Part shown: in pieces, positions 9,635-18,600 of the stretch | Layout: every line of letters starts with the position of its first letter | Numbering within the stretch: position 1 is the stretch's first letter | Assembly: GCA_020630675.1 (NCBI GenBank) | Contig: JAHDIR010000010.1 | Location: forward strand, 4,790-68,789 | Length of the DNA stretch: 64,000 bases | Reading direction: 5' to 3' | From: Bdellovibrionales bacterium | Lineage (GTDB): Bacteria; Bdellovibrionota; Bdellovibrionia; Bdellovibrionales; UBA1609 | Made by a program: the position numbers and the translations under genes | The notes under the pieces: generated by a model | What the model saw: the letters and a program-made list of their open reading frames with translations, nothing else | Told to the model about the DNA's origin: nothing | Database searches by the model: none

Positions 9635-10622
9635 TAGAAAAAAAGCCGTCGCTTTTGATGATGCTGGTGAAGAGGTTCATCATGATGAATCCAACTGGCT
9701 AATAAGTTACGCTGATATGATGACCCTTTTGATGGGGTTCTTTATCTTGATGTACTCTATGTCCATTACTGACGAGTCTAAGTTTTCATCCGTTAGTCAA
9801 GAAGTCGCTAAGTACTTTGGTGGCCCATTGGAAGAAGACCCTAGAATTAAAGAAGTTTATGGAAAAGTGAGTGGAGTTCTTTCAAATAATGAAATAGAAA
9901 AATTTGCTCATGTAGAGTTCAAAAATGGTAAAATTTTTATTAAGTTTGATAATGAAATATTGTTTAAATCGGGAAGTCCTTATTTAACTAAGAAAGCTCG
10001 TCAAGCCATTAAGTCGGTTGGGGCAGTGCTAGCAAAAATTAAAGGTCTTGAAGAAGTCAAAGTCAATGGTCATACCGACTCTGTACCAATTAAATCTAGG
10101 TACTATCCGAGTAACTGGGAGCTGTCAGCAGCAAGGGCATCGACAATTGTTCGACATTTTAATAGTAAAGGAGTTCCTGGTAAAAAATTAAGAGTTATAG
10201 GTCATGGAGGCACCAAGCCTTTGTTGCCTGATAAAGATGAAAATGGAAAGTATATTAAGAAGAATTTAAAAGTGAATCGTCGAGTCGAAGTTGAAGTTAA
10301 GCTCGCTCGAAATACAAATATTATGAAATTTAAAAAGAAATCTATGTTTTCCTTTCTTAAGAGTGATAACAAAGAAGAAGAGACTAAGAGAGAGCCTTCA
10401 TCAAAAGAAAATAAAGATAAAAGTATTCATGAGCTCACAGATAAAGAAATAGAAGAGCGTTATCAGAAGGCTCAAGAGAAGCTTAAGAAAACCAATCAAA
10501 GGTTACGCAAGATTCAGTCTTTACAAAAGCAAAAAGAAAAAAGGTTAAAGATGATGCAAAAAATTGAAGAACTAGAAGGGAAGGCTCAGAAGTCAGAGCA
10601 AGAACTTCAAAAGTACAATTAG
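9615..10622 (+). CDS. motB: MotB-type stator protein with OmpA-like peptidoglycan-binding domain and a long Lys/Glu-rich coiled-coil C-terminal extension
   Basis: 'WLISYADMMTLLMGFFILMY' is the MotB TM helix with the invariant Asp. The OmpA-like domain shows 'GHTDSVP...SNWELSAARASTIV...NRRVEVEV'. The gene overlaps the motA 3' end, suggesting translational coupling. ATG 9615 is preceded by AAGGTG; GTG 9606 is an alternative start. Confidence 0.85.
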   Translation: MQKKQHNRKKAVAFDDAGEEVHHDESNWLISYADMMTLLMGFFILMYSMSITDESKFSSVSQEVAKYFGGPLEEDPRIKEVYGKVSGVLSNNEIEKFAHVEFKNGKIFIKFDNEILFKSGSPYLTKKARQAIKSVGAVLAKIKGLEEVKVNGHTDSVPIKSRYYPSNWELSAARASTIVRHFNSKGVPGKKLRVIGHGGTKPLLPDKDENGKYIKKNLKVNRRVEVEVKLARNTNIMKFKKKSMFSFLKSDNKEEETKREPSSKENKDKSIHELTDKEIEERYQKAQEKLKKTNQRLRKIQSLQKQKEKRLKMMQKIEELEGKAQKSEQELQKYN

Positions 10623-11236
10623 TAATAACTTGTTAAATAAGAAAACATCAAACCAAAGCCCGAGTAGTTGACGCCGCCAAAGCCGGCGTCATTATTAGCG
10701 GCACTTCCAAAACGATAAACAAGCTCTGTGGAAAGAATTATATTTTGTTTCAAGGCATAATCATAACCAGCTCCTACTGTACTGTCGATAATAAAGGAGC
10801 TGAAGGTGTCATTGGTAGATGTGGAGTCAGGGTTATTAATATTAAAATTAACGGGAGTGACACTGGTAAAAACAAAAAAACCAGGCTTTGATTTTTGAAT
10901 GATAGTGTCACTATCGACCTTTTCATGAGAACTTGAAATTCCCCATGGGTAGATATAAGCGCTAAGCCCGACTCCACTGAGCGGTGTCAGTCCAAACTCA
11001 CTGGCTAAGTCAAGAGTCATATGAATTCCCACCCTGGACCTAAAGTTAGGTAAGGACCAAGTGATCGTGGGTTGTAGAGTCATAAGTGAGCCCAGGGCCT
11101 CTTCATCGTAAATATCACCTGCGGAAAAAGTGGTGGCAATATAGCCAACTTTAAGGCGAAGGTCAGGGGTCTTGTTGACGGCAATAGCCTGAGAATGAAG
11201 GGCAAGCAGTACTAAAGTTAAGATTATCCTAGGCAT
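10619..11236 (-). CDS. Small outer-membrane beta-barrel protein (paralogue of 14833-15426)
   Basis: Signal peptide 'MPRIILTLVLLALHSQAIA' and alternating beta-strand patterns, with a C-terminal aromatic end '...FSYLTSYY'. Its stop overlaps the motB stop. Confidence 0.55.
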   Translation of the reverse strand: MPRIILTLVLLALHSQAIAVNKTPDLRLKVGYIATTFSAGDIYDEEALGSLMTLQPTITWSLPNFRSRVGIHMTLDLASEFGLTPLSGVGLSAYIYPWGISSSHEKVDSDTIIQKSKPGFFVFTSVTPVNFNINNPDSTSTNDTFSSFIIDSTVGAGYDYALKQNIILSTELVYRFGSAANNDAGFGGVNYSGFGLMFSYLTSYY

Positions 11237-11237
11237 G

Positions 11238-11265
11238 TAAAGATCGTTTCATTTTAAGCCGATTG
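11238..11265 (+). promoter_or_regulatory. Candidate sigma28 (FliA)-like promoter for the PEGA-TPR / helical-repeat / FliG-like operon
   Basis: TAAA-N16-GCCGATTG, compared with the enterobacterial consensus TAAA-N15-GCCGATAA. It ends 28 nt upstream of ATG 11293. Pattern match only. Confidence 0.25.
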
Positions 11266-11292
11266 AGTCAATAAGAAATCCAGGGAGAAGGT

Positions 11293-12150
11293 ATGAACCG
11301 CTTTAGAATTTTAATTCCTTTAATCACTCTTTCCATTTTCGGTGTGTCTTGCTCAGGTAAATACACCGTTAAATCTTACCCACCTAAGGCAAAGGTTTAT
11401 ATTCGAAATTTAGAGTCTCAAGATAAAAAACTTATGGGAGTGAGCCCTATTAAAATTGATGAAGAGTCTGAGCTGGGAGACGTGTTTTTCTTAGTGTTTG
11501 AAAAAGAAAATTATAAAGAAAAAGAAGTTATGGTTAAAGTTAATGAAGGGGAGAGTTTAACAATTGCTACTCGCTTAGAGCCACTTTTAATCACTGACGA
11601 AGGAAAAGGTTTAGCCAAAAAAGATGATGAAAATAAGCCACCTCAACCAGGAAAACCTCCTGAAAAGAAAAAGAAAGATGATGATAAGTTAAAAAAAGAA
11701 ATGGAAGATGTTAAGCTAAGAGTGGCCTTGTTAGAAAACACAGTGACCTTTTACAAAGATGCTATGTTTTCTTCTCGATTTCAAGGGGGGATGGCCAAGT
11801 TTGATAGAGATAAAAGTGATGACATTGTCGACAAGCTTTTTAAAGCGCAAAAGCTCATCTCTGTTAAAAACTATAAACTAGCTATGAAAAACATTAATAG
11901 TGTTATTAAAAATGATGAATACAACGCCAATGCGTGGCTTCTGAAAGGATCAACTTATTACCTAATGGGAAGTTATTCATTAGCTAAAAGAGCATGGGAA
12001 AGGTGCTTGCAAATTAACCCTCATGATAAAATTGCTTATCGCTACTTAAATAAAGTGTATGCGAAAATTGGGGTTAAAAAAATGCCGGGTAAGCCTGCTG
12101 TGCTTAGATATCCCGCTTCACAAGTCGAAATAGAAAAAAGGAATAGGTAA
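11293..12150 (+). CDS. Lipoprotein with N-terminal PEGA-like domain, Lys/Pro-rich linker and C-terminal TPR repeats
   Basis: Lipobox 'IFGVSC'. 'YTVKSYPPKAKVYIRN...GVSPIKID' is PEGA-like. The C-terminal 'ANAWLLKGSTYYLMGSYSLAKRAWERCLQINPHDKIAYRYLNKVY' is TPR-like. RBS GGGAGAAGG. Confidence 0.6.
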   Translation: MNRFRILIPLITLSIFGVSCSGKYTVKSYPPKAKVYIRNLESQDKKLMGVSPIKIDEESELGDVFFLVFEKENYKEKEVMVKVNEGESLTIATRLEPLLITDEGKGLAKKDDENKPPQPGKPPEKKKKDDDKLKKEMEDVKLRVALLENTVTFYKDAMFSSRFQGGMAKFDRDKSDDIVDKLFKAQKLISVKNYKLAMKNINSVIKNDEYNANAWLLKGSTYYLMGSYSLAKRAWERCLQINPHDKIAYRYLNKVYAKIGVKKMPGKPAVLRYPASQVEIEKRNR

Positions 12151-12155
12151 ACAAC

Positions 12156-13070
12156 ATGAAGAAAACTGGTTTATATATAGTTGCTGTAGGAGTAGTGATA
12201 GCCACTATTTTCTCTGTGTCTTATTATAATCAGGAGAAAAAAATAGCTCACTCAAAAGCAAATCATGAAATCTTTTTGAAAAATTTGGAAAAACTTCGAA
12301 GTAAAACTAAAAAAAGTGAAGCTTATATAGCCGTTGAAAATAGTAATATTAATAAAATGAAAGAACTGCTTAGTGGTGAAGGTAGAAATCAACATTTAAC
12401 AGACTTACTGTCATCAAGATCAATTTTAAGGTCGTCGCAGTTAAGCTTTAAATCAGAATTATTTAATATTATATCTGAAAATATTAAAGAGTACTCTGCC
12501 AAAGCAAAACTTTATGCTTTGCAGATTTTACCGAATTTACTGCCTGCAGATAAGATCGGTGACAAGCATCAGTTATTAGTTAGCTACTTAAATAGTGACG
12601 ACTTTAATATTGAAGAAAAGTCTATGGTTATGCAAGGAATGCATCAGTGGCTGGAGCTTCCGCAAGGAGCCGTCGATTTTTTAATTTCTCTTGTAAAAAA
12701 TAGTGATCAGCCAAGGGAGCTTACGGTCGCTTTGCATAACTTTTCAATGATTCGAAAAAAACAGCAGCTGATCGAAGTTCACAGTTTTTTTGATAGAAAA
12801 AAAGATCAATGGGCTGAGATCAGTTTAATTCGCTTTTTAAAAATGAGTTTAAATAAAAAAGAACTATTAAACTTAAATAAAGATTATTTTATAGCTTACG
12901 CTCTACCTAAAAAAAATAATTCCTTGGCATGGGATGAGTTTAGACTTCTTTATTTTCAGTCGTTCAATATAGAAAAAAAATATAAAAATGAAATCTTAAA
13001 TATAGCAAAAAGCAACAATAATATTTGGGTGAAAAAACAAGCTCAAAGTCTTTTGGAGAAAATAAAATGA
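12156..13070 (+). CDS. N-terminally membrane-anchored alpha-helical (HEAT/ARM-like?) protein, function unknown
   Basis: TM 'LYIVAVGVVIATIFSVSYY' followed by about 270 aa of helical, Leu/Lys-rich sequence. The stop overlaps the next gene's ATG (ATGA at 13067-13070). Confidence 0.45.
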   Translation: MKKTGLYIVAVGVVIATIFSVSYYNQEKKIAHSKANHEIFLKNLEKLRSKTKKSEAYIAVENSNINKMKELLSGEGRNQHLTDLLSSRSILRSSQLSFKSELFNIISENIKEYSAKAKLYALQILPNLLPADKIGDKHQLLVSYLNSDDFNIEEKSMVMQGMHQWLELPQGAVDFLISLVKNSDQPRELTVALHNFSMIRKKQQLIEVHSFFDRKKDQWAEISLIRFLKMSLNKKELLNLNKDYFIAYALPKKNNSLAWDEFRLLYFQSFNIEKKYKNEILNIAKSNNNIWVKKQAQSLLEKIK

Positions 13071-14827
13071 AAAGTATAATTATTGTACTTAGCACATTGG
13101 CCCTGACTTTCACTTCTTTGGCGTCGACCTACTTGGGAGAAGAAGCCACCTTAGAGAGCATTTATGAGTCTAAAGCGAGGTCAGTTTTAAACACTTTATT
13201 GAGGCCTCAAGACTATTCAATTGTTGTTTCTGCTGAAATCAATGTTGACGATCAAGAGCTCGCTGAGTTTAGAGAAGAAATTGAAATGCGATTTTTACCA
13301 GGATTACCATTAGAGGCCAATAATGAAATGTCAGCAGCCAATAACGAGCTACATAAGTTAAAAGAAAAAGTAGATATAAATATAATTTTAAATACAGAAG
13401 TCGAAGATAGTAAAAAATCTTTAATTACCAATTTACTGACATCTAAATTACATTTAGACACTGAAGGTGGGGATCGAGTTAATATTGTAAAAACAAGAAT
13501 GCCAGCCAGCATATTGCCTAAAACCCCTAAGCCTGTTGTTGAAAAAGAAAAAACAATTCCTTTTCACAACTTGATGTTTTATTTGGGACTTGCTACTTTA
13601 GTTTTTGCCGCTTTTTGTTTATGGTTGTTTAAAAGCAGAAAAAAAGAACCATCGGGCTCATTACCAGTTTACCCTTTAGAAGAGTCCAATAAAGATAGCG
13701 TATTTAATAACCAATACACTCATCAAAATGTTCCCGCTGAAGCTCCGGAAAATAACTTTGAAGCTGAAGAGCGCGAAAGAGCCTTAGCTGAAGAGCTAAA
13801 GCAAAAAGAAGAACGCGAAGCCTTTCTGTCTTCTTTAAAGACAGAGAGCCTAACTTTAATGACGGAATATCCTAATTTATGTGTGGATGGTATATCTGAG
13901 TTAATTAGAGAAGGTAAGTCTAAAGAGGTCATTGCCTTTTTTGAAACAATAGGGTGGGATGATGCCCGTCGGTTAATGTCGAATTTACCCATAAAACTAT
14001 GGGCCAATTTAGGATCGGTCTTGAAAAATAGGCAAGATCAGCCTTCAAAAGAGTACTATGATAAGTCCTTAGAAGCTTGTCACAAAATACTAGTGGCTAA
14101 AGTGATTTCTCATGGAGTGAATGAAGATAAAGATAACCCATTTAGCTTTTTATTTACTTTGCCTTATGCACAGAAAAAACAAGTTTACGAAAATGAAGAT
14201 GTTTCTAACGTTGCTATCATTGCTTTGTTTTCAAACTCTGCTGACCTGCAAGATATTTTTAACTTTTTAACCACAGAAAGAAAAAAAGATGTGGTTTTAA
14301 AAATTGCAGAGTTTCAAAATTTATCTGATATGGAAATTAAATTATTCAGAAATAAACTTTTAGAGCGTTTGAACAATATTAAAACCAGAGGTGGTATTGT
14401 TGCCAACGGGCCTGAGGTAGCAGCAAAGGTTTTACGAAGTTTGCCGGCGAGTAAAGAGCAGGAAATTTTTAATTTCATAGAAAAAACTGACATTAAAATG
14501 GCCAAAAATATAGGAAGCTTCTCTTTACAGTTTACAGACTTACCTTTTATTCCAAGAAGATACCAAGAGATAGTCTATGAGGAGATGGAAGTAGAATCTT
14601 TAGTCACTTGTTTGTTCGGAGTGAATGAAAATGTTCAGCAATTTATCATAGAAATCTTGCCGAAAAATAAGGCTCGTATGGTTTCTTCTGATTTACAAAG
14701 TAATATTTTGTCTCCCACGAAAGAAGAAGTGGCCAATATTAGAAGAAAAATTGTCACCGAAATTGAAGGCCGAATTGAAAAGTCTGGAGAAAGTTTAGGG
14801 AGTTTTATACGTGAGCGGGCTTCATAG
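13067..14827 (+). CDS. Bitopic membrane protein: periplasmic N-domain, one TM helix, cytoplasmic FliG-like (ARM-repeat / FliG_C-like) region
   Basis: I chose ATG 13067 ('MKSIIIVLSTLALTFTSLAS', a signal-like start) rather than the track start at 13025. TM 'FYLGLATLVFAAFCLWLF' is followed by 'KSRKKE'. The C-terminal 'LVTCLFGVNENVQQFIIEILPKNKARMVSSDLQSNILSPTKEEVANIRRKIVTEIEGRIEKSGE' aligns by eye with FliG_C 'LALALKGASDELKEKIFKNMSKRAAALLKDELEYMGPVRLKDVEEAQQKIINIIRRLEEAGE'. Confidence 0.6.
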   Translation: MKSIIIVLSTLALTFTSLASTYLGEEATLESIYESKARSVLNTLLRPQDYSIVVSAEINVDDQELAEFREEIEMRFLPGLPLEANNEMSAANNELHKLKEKVDINIILNTEVEDSKKSLITNLLTSKLHLDTEGGDRVNIVKTRMPASILPKTPKPVVEKEKTIPFHNLMFYLGLATLVFAAFCLWLFKSRKKEPSGSLPVYPLEESNKDSVFNNQYTHQNVPAEAPENNFEAEERERALAEELKQKEEREAFLSSLKTESLTLMTEYPNLCVDGISELIREGKSKEVIAFFETIGWDDARRLMSNLPIKLWANLGSVLKNRQDQPSKEYYDKSLEACHKILVAKVISHGVNEDKDNPFSFLFTLPYAQKKQVYENEDVSNVAIIALFSNSADLQDIFNFLTTERKKDVVLKIAEFQNLSDMEIKLFRNKLLERLNNIKTRGGIVANGPEVAAKVLRSLPASKEQEIFNFIEKTDIKMAKNIGSFSLQFTDLPFIPRRYQEIVYEEMEVESLVTCLFGVNENVQQFIIEILPKNKARMVSSDLQSNILSPTKEEVANIRRKIVTEIEGRIEKSGESLGSFIRERAS

Positions 14828-14832
14828 ATTAA

Positions 14833-15426
14833 CTAAAAGCTACTGACTTTAATTCCTGCATGAAAAGAAAAGCCTAAATAAGAAATATTTCGTCCTTCCT
14901 CTTCCGAGGAAGTGATGTTGGTTAGACCTTGAGCTTGAAGCATCAATAAAAAAGTAGACGTTAATGGGACTTCCAGGCCAGCATAGATGGTTAGGTCTAG
15001 GTTTGAGGCGTTAAAATCGCCGGGGCCGCCCTCAGTGATTGAAAAATTGCTCATACCAACTCCGCTGCCAATATAAGGAGTTGGGCGTAAAATAAGGCCT
15101 GAGGTTTGGTTGTCAATAATCAGCTTTTGTCCATTAAAGCCAAAAAAGTACCAACGAGCACCTAAACCCATGCGGGTGTAAGAAATATTAGTAAAACCAT
15201 CTTTAACCACTTCGGCAAAATTAATATTAAAAGCAATATTTGGTCCGGCGTAGTTAAGATTGTAGTTAAACTCAAAAATAGCCTCTTCTAGCTTTGCCTC
15301 AAAGGTATTACCGGCAGTGACATTGATGCTAGTAAAGCCTAGGGAGGCATCAACGTCAGAATATAAGTGGGCAAACACAGAGGGCGTTAGGAGTAAACAA
15401 AAAAAGAGTGTTTTAATTTGAGACAT
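14833..15426 (-). CDS. Small outer-membrane beta-barrel protein (paralogue of 10619-11236)
   Basis: Signal peptide, beta-strand periodicity and the OMP-type C-terminus '...HAGIKVSSF'. Conserved blocks are shared with 10619-11236, e.g. 'LGFTSINVTAGN' versus 'KVGYIATTFSAGD'. Confidence 0.55.
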   Translation of the reverse strand: MSQIKTLFFCLLLTPSVFAHLYSDVDASLGFTSINVTAGNTFEAKLEEAIFEFNYNLNYAGPNIAFNINFAEVVKDGFTNISYTRMGLGARWYFFGFNGQKLIIDNQTSGLILRPTPYIGSGVGMSNFSITEGGPGDFNASNLDLTIYAGLEVPLTSTFLLMLQAQGLTNITSSEEEGRNISYLGFSFHAGIKVSSF

Positions 15427-15647
15427 AGTTCATTATGTCTAACAATTTTGCATTTTGTCCATGAAAATAAAATAAAAAACCATCAAAACTCTTAGTTAAA
15501 TCATAATGTGATCAAAAGTTCTTCATAATTTTCACAAATTTATTTCATTCTGAAAAAAATATTCTTTTGTCTCAAATTAAGAATCACTGGCTAAAGGGTT
15601 TAGTTTTGTTATTCAGGCTCCGATATTAACCAGTATGGAGAAACTAG

Positions 15648-18600
15648 ATGTCTATTAAGCTTTTAAAGTTTACATTATTTTCACTATTGTTGACTTTGCT
15701 AAACTCTTCTTGCAAGCAAGGAGTGCAAGGTGGAAAAGTAGATAACTCATTCCAAGGAGTGGCTGAAATTTCTGTTTTAAGCCCTAACTCAGTGAAGTTA
15801 GTTTGGAATAAAGATTCAAAATATTTAACCTACAAAATTTATCAAAAAGGCTTAAGCACAGAGCTTGGAACATCAAGTTTTTCTGAATTTGTTCTAAATA
15901 ATTTAGTTTCTGATTCTGATTATGATTTTTCTGTAAGTGGATTAGCTGCTGATGATAATGGTGAAGAAGACTTTCAACAAAATTTTATTCGAATTAAAAC
16001 TTTTGCTGATTTTCAGGGTTTACAAAGTTCAGGAGTTTCTGTGGTTTCTGCTGACCGTGTAAATGTACGTTGGGCAGTGAATGGTTACGGTGTAAATTAT
16101 AAAGTGCAATTTAAAAGACCTTTTGAAACCATTTGGGCCGATGCAAAAATTGTGACCTCTCAGACGGATTCACTTGAATTTGAAGAGGCGGTGACGGGGT
16201 TGATGGGCGGTACTAGTTACTGCTTTCGAGTCACGGCGGAGTACATAGACGGAACCTCTCAGCCTTCAGAAAGCAATCACCCCGTAAACTGTGTGACCAC
16301 AACGACTGATTTAACAAACCTTCCTTCTGTTTTTGTGGGTTCGAGTACACCGGGAAATTTCCCTTGGTTCAATGCCATTGGTGGAAACCCAACCTATAAT
16401 ATTGACATCTTTGATGAGTCTATGCCAACAGTTCCTATTGCCAGTTTGAACAATGGCACTGGTGTTTTTCGCTCTTCTTTTCCTATTGATTCCGGTACGT
16501 CTGATCTGTATGCCATCATAAGAGACACTTCCAATGGAGTGCAGGCTCGTGTAGATATGAGCTACTACGGTGGTACAGAGCTAAATACCCGGGCCTTTAC
16601 TGATACAGGACAAAAAGGGGCTGTGCACCCACCTCTAGTTAACGGTGGTAAAGGGTTACAAAATTTAGGTTCTAAAATTGTTTCTGGTGATTTTAACTGT
16701 GACGGCCTCGAAGATGTGGCCGTAGGTGCGCCAACGGCTTCTCCTGTCACCAGCTCGAGTTTGGTTTATGCCACCGGTGCTGTCGTAATTTATTATGGAT
16801 ATGACCCTCCTTTTGACAACGAAACCGCAACTAACCCTCCTCCGTATTTAAATACCTCAGGAACACCATCAGTGGGTTCGGTGTTTCCAGACCCTCATCT
16901 TATTCATTACCCTTTGGGAACCAATGATCAGTTAGGAACAAAATTAGTGGTGGGTAACTTTAACGGTGATTGTTTTTACCGTGATGGTAGTTCTCCGGCA
17001 AATGGACTATGCGCTACTTTGTATGAAACCCATAAATCTAGTGAAGAAAATATAGATAAAATTAAATCTTGTGATGATTTGGCTATTGCAGGCAGCGCTG
17101 TATCTTCAACTGTTTTTGCAGTTTTTGGTGACCCTTTACAAGGCTTGGTCAGTGGAGCCGGTGGAACCAACTACGGGTTAGATGAATACACCTGTAATGC
17201 CGGCTCTTCAAGTTGTCGCTCAGTGAAGCTTTCCGCCAATAGTGATAATGGTGTCAGTTATTTGGGTAAATCAATGGCCACCGGTGACTTTAACAATGAT
17301 GGTTTTGATGATTTAGCTTTAGCGTCTAACTATACAGACTCTGGTGTGAGTAAAAATAGAATTTATGTACTACGTGGAACCGATCAAGGACTCACTCCAA
17401 TAGGGGACTCAGGAAATCGCTCTTTTGCCTCTATTGATACTAATGTTGGTGCTGTATTTAGTGATTCTGTTCAGGCTGATGATTTTGGTTTTGCCATGGC
17501 TCCATTTTATAACTCAAGGCTGTGCCAAGCAGGTGCTAGTTTTGAATATCGTCGATTGGGGCCGACAGAAAATCATGGTTACGATTTTAGTAAATGCGAT
17601 GACTTAGTGATTGGCGCTCCGTCGAGGGCCTCAGGTCGTGGTTCTATCTACTCTTGTAAAGCCTCTTTGCCGGCAAAAAATTCGGTCACAGACGATGAAA
17701 AAATTACGAGTTGGAGCTGCTTGGAACATTATCCTAAAGATATTAATGATGAAGGTGATAACGCCGGTTATGGATATAGTTTGTTAGGGGTGCGTAATCA
17801 AAATGGTCACCCACTTAAAAAAGAAAACTTTAGACCCGAGCTTTCAGAACCACTTCCTAATATTACTGGGGCCTTATTTGTAGGAGCTCCAAGGCGATTA
17901 ATGGGCGGGCAGGACAATGCCGGCAGTGTTTATGGTTATTATGTTTTACCTTCAGGGGTAGATCATGCCACAGGTGGTATACAGGGGATTTTTGGCAATG
18001 CCTCTGGAGAGCATGTAACAAGTGCCCTAAATAGTTTACCTTGCAATGCTAGAAACACCTCATGCAGTCACCAGCAAATCACAAGTTCACCTCCTCAAAG
18101 TGGAGCTCAGTTTGGAGCTGCATTGTCCTCAATCACAAGTGTTGATGGCAGCCTGGGAATGCCTTATTTAGCTGTTTCTTCGCCTTATAGAAATGTATCT
18201 GATTCGACAGGAAACCAAACCATTACAAACTCTGGTGTTATTTATTTATACAACCCTGATATCTCTTTGTTTGGTCCTGATGATGGAGTTACCGTTTCAA
18301 GAACCCAAGTGGGAAGTTTTACCACCAATTGTTTAGTGGACTGTACGTGGTTAAGTGGAGGGGTGAGTCCTTTTGGACCTTCTGTGATTTACCCTCAAGA
18401 TTTGACGGCCAACTCCTATTTTGGTTTAGGCGGAGCTGTGGGTGGAAACTTTGATGGTGATGCTCAAAACTTTGGTGACCTTTTATCTTCGGCGCCAAAT
18501 TACGGCGATCCCGTCGAAGACAATGGCGGGCTTTTTGGTTTTCATGCTGAAGGTGGGTCTTTTTCTTCTGTAGAAAATGGCACTGATATTTCAGTCACGT

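Noticed and set aside
13025-13066. Upstream extension of the FliG-like gene as given in the ORF track ('MGEKTSSKSFGENK')
   Set aside because: It overlaps the preceding gene by 46 nt and would bury the signal-like N-terminus. ATG 13067 gives the classic ATGA stop/start overlap.
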